Positions 25,771-32,000 of a stretch of DNA of 32,000 bases are shown in pieces. The stretch is from contig NZ_CP147990.1 in assembly GCF_037902255.1 (NCBI RefSeq), forward strand, positions 4,470,001 through 4,502,000, written 5' to 3'. Each line of letters begins with the position of its first letter. Within the stretch, counting starts at the first letter, position 1. The position numbers were made by a program, and so were the translations under genes. Below the pieces are notes generated by a model. That model worked only from the letters and a program-made list of their open reading frames with translations. It ran no database searches and was not told where the DNA came from. This DNA comes from Candidatus Electrothrix sp. GW3-4. GTDB lineage: Bacteria; Desulfobacterota; Desulfobulbia; Desulfobulbales; Desulfobulbaceae.

Positions 25771-26733
25771 TTAGGGGAGAAATCGTTCTGTCAGGAGATT
25801 CTGATACAAAGGCTCTCCCTCGAGTAAATTATATTTTATCATAACCCTGGAGAGGCGGGCAAGGTTCCCGTACAAGGTTCCGTCCTTTTTACCAAGCATG
25901 CGGTGATTTTCATCGGCACCCGGTAAAATCAGACCATCATAGCTCGCCAATACCTCGTTTGGGGTGATCTTGAGTCGCTTCGACATAATCGCTGCTGCTT
26001 CCCGCGGTTTTTTTTCCAGGTCAGCCACGGCATTGAACCAGCCCTGGATAACCTTTTTCAACATATTCTGGTTCCCTTCCAGGGCCTCTTCATGCACGAC
26101 CAGCGCATCCACAATTTCTCCGGGGATTTCTCTGCTGGAAAAGATCTCTTTCCCTCCGACAGCCAGTAATTTGGTCCTGATGGGTTCAAAGGTCACGGCC
26201 GCATCAACTCGGTCCTGCAAAAACGCCTCCTTATGCTCGTCCACCTCAAGAGGAACGATAGAGACATCTCTGAGATTCATCCCATGCACTTCCAGGGCAC
26301 GTGAGATGAAATATGCACCAAGTGCATAGCTTTCAACCGCGATGCGTTTTCCGCGCAGTTCCTCAACGCTTTCTATTCCTTGTTGGGCAATAATAACATC
26401 TCCCCCGTGCGAAATATCGGTGACTAAAATGATTTTGACATCCGGGCAACTCCGACAAAGACCAATAACCTCATCCAGGGGCAGGGCGGCGGCTTCCAGG
26501 TTTCTATTTTTAAAGGCACGAAGAACCTCGATGGTAGAAGGATATTCTACAAACCGTACATGCAAATTCTTATAGTAGCCTTGTGCCTTAGCAAGATAGA
26601 GTGGTTCGTATCCGGGCCAGACGTTTGTGCCAATACGAAGGGCAGTTGGGGGAGGTTGTTGACACCCTGCATAACACGATAAAACAACAACGACAAAAAA
26701 ACATCGGGCGAACACTTTCATGAATGAACACAT
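25771..26733 (-). CDS. periplasmic substrate-binding protein, NMT1/TauA/SsuA-like (no cognate permease or ATPase in the window)
   Basis: AAGGAGA lies 6 nt before the ATG at 26733. Lipoprotein-type signal 'VVVLSCYAGC', then 'LRIGTNVWPGYEPLYLA...GYY' and 'DAAVTFEP', typical of the nitrate/sulfonate/bicarbonate binding-protein fold. Its stop codon lies 4 nt before the cyclase ATG. Confidence 0.8.
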   Translation of the reverse strand: MCSFMKVFARCFFVVVVLSCYAGCQQPPPTALRIGTNVWPGYEPLYLAKAQGYYKNLHVRFVEYPSTIEVLRAFKNRNLEAAALPLDEVIGLCRSCPDVKIILVTDISHGGDVIIAQQGIESVEELRGKRIAVESYALGAYFISRALEVHGMNLRDVSIVPLEVDEHKEAFLQDRVDAAVTFEPIRTKLLAVGGKEIFSSREIPGEIVDALVVHEEALEGNQNMLKKVIQGWFNAVADLEKKPREAAAIMSKRLKITPNEVLASYDGLILPGADENHRMLGKKDGTLYGNLARLSRVMIKYNLLEGEPLYQNLLTERFLP

Positions 26734-27141
26734 CAGTTTTCTCCTTTTGTATTTTTGGACAATTTCGTTAAAGGTGAGCGTGCAGGTGGTGCGAGATCGC
26801 CGTTATATTTTTAACGGAATATTTTTTATAAATGCAGGATGTTAAAGAGCGGTACCTAAAAGGTCTCTACCATAGATCTCTTCAAAAAGGAAGTGGTATT
26901 CAGAGAGATACCTCCAGAAAAACACATTGCGCAACAGGCCGTCGTACGTTCAGGGAAGGTTGAACAGCATGCGCCCGTGAAAGAGCGGTAAAGAATTTTT
27001 CTTGCGCTGCAACGAAATTGCATCTTACGGATATTTTGTCATCGTAACAGGAGGATGCGTGTTGCTAAAAGAATTGTCACAAAGTATGATAGGCTAAGAA
27101 AAAGGGAGGGAGAGGGGAATACTGCGGACACGAGGTGCTAC

Positions 27142-27459
27142 ATGATCATGCAATTAGTAAGTGCCGTTCATCATAAACGCTGTTACTGCCCGGTCATCAA
27201 CAAGACGGTAGAGGTGAGGATCAGGGAGGTTGAAATAGTCAGGCAAGGAAATAGCCAGCAAGGGCGCATCAAAATTTTCTCCCGGACACTTGAAGATTGC
27301 TCAGGAACGAGTGAGTGCGGAATAATCAGGGCAGTTGAAGGTGGCAGCTTTCTTCTTGATTGGCAGGACTGTTCCCTGAATGCAGTCTTACAGACAGGGC
27401 GCCAAGTGTGGAATTCCCGGCTACCAGCCTCCTCCATCTTTACTCCTATTACGTACTGA
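27142..27459 (+). CDS. hypothetical Cys-containing small protein (weak call)
   Basis: The ORF has GAGGTG 5 nt upstream of the ATG at 27142. I recognise no motif. It is the only plus-strand ORF in a 370-nt gap and converges on the ferredoxin gene. Confidence 0.25.
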   Translation: MIMQLVSAVHHKRCYCPVINKTVEVRIREVEIVRQGNSQQGRIKIFSRTLEDCSGTSECGIIRAVEGGSFLLDWQDCSLNAVLQTGRQVWNSRLPASSIFTPITY

Positions 27460-27498
27460 AGACGTACTGAACAAGGAGGGAGGAGGCAGGATTTTCTC

Positions 27499-27684
27499 CT
27501 ACTGCGTTACAACACTGATAGCATCTTCCGGGCAGATATTGATACATAAATCGCACTCAAGGCATTTCTCTTTGTGGGCATGGACAGGGATGCCATCCAC
27601 CAATTCAAACACCTCTTCGGGACATACTTCAATACATTCCCGACACCTCGTGCATTTTTCCATATCGATCTTTACATTTCGCAT
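27499..27684 (-). CDS. 2x[4Fe-4S] ferredoxin (about 61 aa)
   Basis: Two CxxCxxCxxxCP motifs ('CTRCRECIEVCP', 'CLECDLCINICP'). A strong AAGGAGGAG lies 8 nt upstream of the ATG at 27684, so the longer 91-aa track ORF is probably an over-extension. Confidence 0.85.
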   Translation of the reverse strand: MRNVKIDMEKCTRCRECIEVCPEEVFELVDGIPVHAHKEKCLECDLCINICPEDAISVVTQ

Positions 27685-27792
27685 TGCTTGGGTCTCCTCC
27701 TTAAGTTTCGCCGAATAATCGGCAGCGAAATAGGTTCTGTCCTCCTTTAAAGGACGACTGCAATCTCCTGACAAGTAAACATACTGTCCAAG

Positions 27793-29181
27793 TTATTTTT
27801 CTTCGTGCCCAAGGCCCGAATCACTCAACTGCTGCCTGCGGATATCTGCAATGGTTTTCTCCACAATTCCCACAGCATGCCCGATATACTGCTCCGGTTG
27901 ATCAAGCGGGGCAAGATCCTCAGCTGTAAACAGCGGACCTATTTCTGCGTCTGCCAAGACCTCCTCTTTCAGACTGATCCCCATCTCTGCGGCTGAGTCC
28001 GCGAGACAGTGCAGCTTTTCCAAGGCCTTATTCTTGCCCATCTCCTTACTGAGTTGAAAAAGCAACCACTCGGTAGAGATGAGATCTTTTCGCTGATGCA
28101 GATTGGCGAGCATCTGCTCTTTGCGCACTGTGAGCCCGGAGAGGACCCCGATCATAGACTGTAAGGCGGTTCCTGTGTAGATACAGAGTTGCGGCACAGC
28201 CAACCATTCTGCCCAAAGACTGCGCGGGTCGCGTTCATGCTCATGGAGACTGCTCTCCATGATCGTCCCGGTCAAGGCCCGAACATGCTTTGCCAGGGCG
28301 TTCACCCGCTGACAGATGACCGGATTCTGCTTATGGGGCATGGTGCTGCTGGACAGCGCACCTGAGAGCGACGGTTCCCGGAGTTCATCGATCTCGGTTT
28401 TCTGGAGCTGAAAGATCTCATTGGCGATCTTGGCCAAGGTCATAACCAGGAGGGCAAAAGCAGAGGCCAGCTCGGCGATCCTGTCTCGGCTGGTATGCCA
28501 GGAAAGCGGATCATGTTTGAGTCCGAGCCGCTGCATGGTCTCTTCGGCAATAGCAAGGCCCTGGCTGCCCAAGGCGGCATAGGTTCCCACCGCACCACTG
28601 AGCTGGCCTACGCAAACCGTCTTTTGCAGATGCTTAACCCGTTCGATATGACGACGTATCTCTGACAACCAACCCGCCACCTTCAGGCCAAAGGTGGTGG
28701 GCAAGGCCTGCTGACCGTGGGTCCTGGCCACCAGAGGGGTTGCCCGGTGTTCCTCTGCCAGCTTCAGACAGATCTTTTCCAGGGTCAGAAGATCCCGGGA
28801 GAGGATCTTCAGGGTCTGTTTAAGGGAGAGGATCTGGCCGGTATCCAGCACATCCTGGGTCGTTGCCCCGTAATGGACATATTCCCCATGCCCGTCCCGG
28901 CAGGCCCGCCGGAGCCCTCCCAGCAGAGGGACCACGGAATTACGACTTTTGCCATATCCTTCCCGGACAGAATCCAGATCAATATGCTCCAGGATTGCCT
29001 TTGCCTGGATCTCGACGGTAGCCTCTGCCGGGATAATCCCGAGTTTTCCCTGGGCCGCAGCCAAGGCTGCTTCGAAATCAAGCCAGCGTTGCAGCACGGC
29101 CCGTTCATCAAACAGGGCCTCCAGCTCTGGTGTACTGAAGACATGCGGGTTTATCTGGAAGTCAAAGGGATGGACAGGCAT
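27793..29181 (-). CDS. fumarate-lyase superfamily enzyme (adenylosuccinate lyase / 3-carboxymuconate cycloisomerase-like)
   Basis: The N-terminus 'FSTPELEALFDERAVLQRWLDFEAALAAAQGKLGIIP', then 'HYGATTQDV', 'RTHGQQALPTTFG' and the signature loop 'SSSTMPHKQNP'. Specificity cannot be read from the sequence. Confidence 0.85.
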   Translation of the reverse strand: MPVHPFDFQINPHVFSTPELEALFDERAVLQRWLDFEAALAAAQGKLGIIPAEATVEIQAKAILEHIDLDSVREGYGKSRNSVVPLLGGLRRACRDGHGEYVHYGATTQDVLDTGQILSLKQTLKILSRDLLTLEKICLKLAEEHRATPLVARTHGQQALPTTFGLKVAGWLSEIRRHIERVKHLQKTVCVGQLSGAVGTYAALGSQGLAIAEETMQRLGLKHDPLSWHTSRDRIAELASAFALLVMTLAKIANEIFQLQKTEIDELREPSLSGALSSSTMPHKQNPVICQRVNALAKHVRALTGTIMESSLHEHERDPRSLWAEWLAVPQLCIYTGTALQSMIGVLSGLTVRKEQMLANLHQRKDLISTEWLLFQLSKEMGKNKALEKLHCLADSAAEMGISLKEEVLADAEIGPLFTAEDLAPLDQPEQYIGHAVGIVEKTIADIRRQQLSDSGLGHEEK

Positions 29182-29322
29182 AGAACGTATTAGAGCTGAA
29201 AAAGTTTATATGAAAGTACCGATGACTCCTTGGAGTCGCCCGATCACCGTTCATGTTTCTTGTCCCTCCCCAGAGAGGAGGGATGGGGCGGAAACAGGCA
29301 GGGCTCATTTGACCACAACGGT

Positions 29323-30531
29323 TCAGGAATCCTTTGCAAGAGCCCCTTCAAGGCGACCATAGGGCCGGGCATCGGGATAGAGCGGGGCCTCTGCACAAAG
29401 ACACAAGGCAGCCTCTCGCGGCGAAATATTATCCTGTTGACTGCGTTGCAGCATGGCCTTTACGATCTTTCGTGTTTTTTGGTCAACATGGTTCAGAACA
29501 TCCTCAGCCGTGGGCAGGGTGTCTGGGCCGAACAGGCCTTCCATGGACAGAGAACCGCCGCAGCCAGCAACCATATCCGGGATCACCGGAATAGCACGCT
29601 GATGGAGGATCTGTTCCGCCTCCGCAGTGACAGCCAGATTGGCACCGCTGGCAATAGCCTTTGTCTGGATATGCTCCGCCACCTCTTTATTAACGGCCTT
29701 TTCAATAGCAGCAGGCACAAAGATATCGCAGGGTAGATTATAAATCTTTGTATTATCAGAGTATGCGGACTTGGGATTTTCAGCAGTCGGAATGATTCCC
29801 TTTTCCCCGTCTTCCCGGGAAGCGAGTAAGGCAGGGATATCAAGCGGAGTACCGTTGATGCTGTACAGGCTTTTGTCACGATCTGCCAGACCGATAATCC
29901 GCACCCCGGCCTTATGAAGGAAATAGGCCGCCCCGGCTGCCAGACCCCCGAATCCCTGGATAGCTGCTGTGGCTTCCTGCGGCGGGATCCCGAGAAATTC
30001 CAGAGTCGCCAGACAGGAAGCGGCCAGACCTGCCCCGGATCGTAACCTACCCAGGGTGGCATAACCGCAGGGGGCAGCAAGCAAGGCGGTTCGTTGGTCA
30101 AAGGCCCTGTTATCAAGCTGCTGATTCCTGGCTACGGCGTTTTTGATAGAGGACAGGCCGAGGCGCTGAGACACCGCGTCCAGCTCAGGCATGGTGGTAT
30201 TCAGGTCAGGCCCCATAGAATACCGTTCCTCCATATAGGGCTTGATGGCCCGCATAAAACGAAACAGGGCCTCCTGCTTACCCGGACTGGCCGGGTCATA
30301 GTCAATGCCGCTCTTGGCTCCGTCCGCCCGGATGCCAGCAATTCGCATCTTCAGGGTCATGGTGGCGGCAAGGCGCTGAACACATTCGCAGGTCAGCCCC
30401 TGCTGTACCCGGAGTCCCCCAGCGGCCAGCCTGTGCGTCATCGAATCAATGACCAACCATCCCTTGAACCCTTCAAGAGGGTCCGTATACTCGACAATAA
30501 GATCCGACTTTTTTTTTGTATTAGTGAACAT
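29323..30531 (-). CDS. divergent Glu/Leu/Phe/Val-type amino-acid dehydrogenase family protein
   Basis: 'GWLVIDS...AAGGLRV' (substrate-domain motif). The catalytic-Lys region reads 'ADGAKSGIDYDP' instead of the usual GGxKGG. The dinucleotide fold reads 'IQGFGGLAAGAAYFL', and 'CDIFVPAA' and 'GANLAVT' are also present. Confidence 0.8.
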   Translation of the reverse strand: MFTNTKKKSDLIVEYTDPLEGFKGWLVIDSMTHRLAAGGLRVQQGLTCECVQRLAATMTLKMRIAGIRADGAKSGIDYDPASPGKQEALFRFMRAIKPYMEERYSMGPDLNTTMPELDAVSQRLGLSSIKNAVARNQQLDNRAFDQRTALLAAPCGYATLGRLRSGAGLAASCLATLEFLGIPPQEATAAIQGFGGLAAGAAYFLHKAGVRIIGLADRDKSLYSINGTPLDIPALLASREDGEKGIIPTAENPKSAYSDNTKIYNLPCDIFVPAAIEKAVNKEVAEHIQTKAIASGANLAVTAEAEQILHQRAIPVIPDMVAGCGGSLSMEGLFGPDTLPTAEDVLNHVDQKTRKIVKAMLQRSQQDNISPREAALCLCAEAPLYPDARPYGRLEGALAKDS

Positions 30532-30554
30532 AGAACGTGGTGCTGGGAAAGAGA

Positions 30555-31106
30555 TTAAACGATAATGATCGGGGATTCCTGATCTATTTTTCCTTCAAAA
30601 AAGGCGCGCATGGAGGGCTTGTCAATATCCACCATAGAGATGATAAAGGAGAACATCTTGCTTTCTTTAACCAGGAGGGTGTCCAGGCGGGTTGGGGTGT
30701 CACGGAGGGGATCGCCTTCCCAGGGAACCACATGGATGTGATAGGCTCCGAAAATGGAAAGGCCTTCTTGGGTACAGAGTTCGAGGCACTCTCTAAACTC
30801 TTGAGGATCGGTAATCCAGCCTCGTTTATTGAGCGGCGTGGTCGATGGAACAGCATGTTCCTCCATCATCTTGTCCATAAAGCTTTTCAGCGGTTCCTGA
30901 TTCCTGGCGTTTTTTTTTACCGGAAGCACCTTGCGCACATGCAGCTCTCTCCCGGTATGCACTCCGGCAAGGATGCCAAAGGCCCTGTTGACCTTGCTTT
31001 CCCCAGGGAGGAAGTCCCCGGCCACCTTTCGTCGGCAATGGGTAATGATCTCCTCCCAGACCTTCTCGGGAAGGAGTATCCTGTCTATATCTTTTCTCCA
31101 GCTCAT
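30555..31106 (-). CDS. MPN/JAB-like protein (assignment tentative)
   Basis: 'AFGILAG', then about 85 aa later 'GAYHIHVVPWEGDPLRDTPTRLD'. This gives an HxH...(S/T)xxD arrangement resembling the JAMM zinc site, but Arg occupies the usual catalytic Glu position. I prefer the ATG at 31106 to 31157 by analogy with family N-termini. Neither start has a clear SD. Confidence 0.45.
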   Translation of the reverse strand: MSWRKDIDRILLPEKVWEEIITHCRRKVAGDFLPGESKVNRAFGILAGVHTGRELHVRKVLPVKKNARNQEPLKSFMDKMMEEHAVPSTTPLNKRGWITDPQEFRECLELCTQEGLSIFGAYHIHVVPWEGDPLRDTPTRLDTLLVKESKMFSFIISMVDIDKPSMRAFFEGKIDQESPIIIV

Positions 31107-31574
31107 TGATTCATTTCTGTAGTATCCATAAAAAGCAAAAAATCTGCACGATGACATGTCTCTGAGAAAACGAGCCCGGCATCACATTGCGCTTACACAG
31201 GGAACGGTTCCTTTCATGAACTTGTGCCCCAGAGGGAAGGAAGCAACCTCGAAGCGTCACCAGATGAAAGGACTGCCTTTTTCGTGTAATAGAACACCGG
31301 ATATGAGCAGAATCAATGCTGTGAAGACCGTCTTTCCCTGCAAGATCTTTTTTGCTCAGCAATCCCTCTTGTGACAGACTTCAGCTGTTCAACAAGTTGA
31401 GATAAGAATACTCTTCAGCAGATTATTTGGCAAGCCGCTTTGCAAAAAGGAGATAATTACGACCTGCGCAGCTGCCCTGCAAGAGGAATTTAACCGTCAA
31501 AAAACAGGAATTTCCTCGCTGTGAGAAAAAAGGATACACCTCTGGGCAGGGCTACCACAAGAGAGCAGTGGAAT

Positions 31575-31612
31575 CTTGCCAGTCATCAAGGGCGCTCCTG
31601 ATGACTGGCAGG
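31575..31612. other. perfect 12-bp stem hairpin just downstream of the der stop
   Basis: TGCCAGTCATCA (31577..31588) pairs with TGATGACTGGCA (31599..31610) around a 10-nt loop, plus two flanking pairs. There is no U-tract on either strand, so it is not a canonical intrinsic terminator. Confidence 0.5.
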
Positions 31613-31628
31613 ACGCAACAAAGCGACC

Positions 31629-32000
31629 CTAGCGTTTGCTGCGCCCGCTCCGTTCCCGGAAGAAGAGACGCACCGGTATCCGATCCAGGCCCAGTCCTTC
31701 CCGGAAACGATTTGTCAGGTAGCGCTGGTAGGAGAAATGGATTCCCTTAGGGAAGTTGGCAATCACGACAAAGGTGGGTGGGGCTGAGTCGAGCTGGGTC
31801 GTGTAGTAGAGCTTCAGGCGTCGGCCGCGATACATGGGCGGCTCGTGATGAAGGGTTGCCGCTTCCAGCAGGCGATTGAGGGCAGAAGTGGAAAAGCGCT
31901 GATGAAACTGACGGTGGATTTTACCCACCTCAGGGAAGATCCGCTTGATGCCCGAGCCGGTCTTGGCTGATACCCTGAAGACCGGGGCAAAGGGGATGAA
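31629..32000 (-). CDS. der: ribosome-associated GTPase Der/EngA, C-terminal KH-like domain (5' part lies outside the window)
   Basis: 'STSALNRLLEAA...HEPP...GRRLKLYYTTQ....PPTFV.F.N.P..IHFSYQRYL.N.FRE.....IP.RL.FR' is the conserved Der C-terminus. The frame is open to the window edge. Confidence 0.9.
   Translation of the reverse strand, partial: FIPFAPVFRVSAKTGSGIKRIFPEVGKIHRQFHQRFSTSALNRLLEAATLHHEPPMYRGRRLKLYYTTQLDSAPPTFVVIANFPKGIHFSYQRYLTNRFREGLGLDRIPVRLFFRERSGRSKR

Noticed and set aside
29583-30116. 177-aa alternative-frame minus-strand ORF inside the dehydrogenase-like gene
   Set aside because: It overlaps the frame that carries the GGLRV and Rossmann motifs, and its product is Pro/Arg/Trp-rich noise.

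Overview
About 60% of the window (149..19270, all on the minus strand) is one surface-polysaccharide (EPS/capsule-type) locus. Read in transcription order, it contains: a Wzy_C/O-antigen-ligase-like membrane protein fused to TPR repeats; a secreted protein of unknown function; a candidate beta-barrel OMP; a Wza-type exporter; a Wzc-type co-polymerase/tyrosine kinase; a CapD/PglF-type membrane dehydratase; a truncated ABC-2 (Wzm-type) permease remnant that abuts a full-length MsbA/PglK-type ABC exporter; a nested IS scar, where an IS1-family element sits inside an IS4-family element and both transposases are broken; and a visibly AT-richer modification module with a methyltransferase, a pyruvyl transferase, an orphan 536-aa protein and a GT2. 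To the right of the locus lie trpC-trpF without the rest of the trp operon, a secreted protein built from 14-aa tandem repeats, divergent tRNA-Pro(UGG) and tRNA-Asn(GUU), asnS, an orphan periplasmic binding protein coupled to a PAS-GGDEF sensor, an unassigned four-gene cassette (MPN/JAB-like protein, divergent Glu/Leu/Phe/Val-type dehydrogenase, fumarate-lyase-superfamily enzyme, 2x[4Fe-4S] ferredoxin), and the 3' end of der. I see no rRNA, no CRISPR array and no recognisable defence-system genes. The best candidates for undescribed biology are the four-gene cassette, the orphan 536-aa protein inside the glycan locus, the secreted YEYRGGHERYDDDR repeat protein and the binding-protein/diguanylate-cyclase pair. 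All functional calls rest on motifs I read in the translations. No database search was run.
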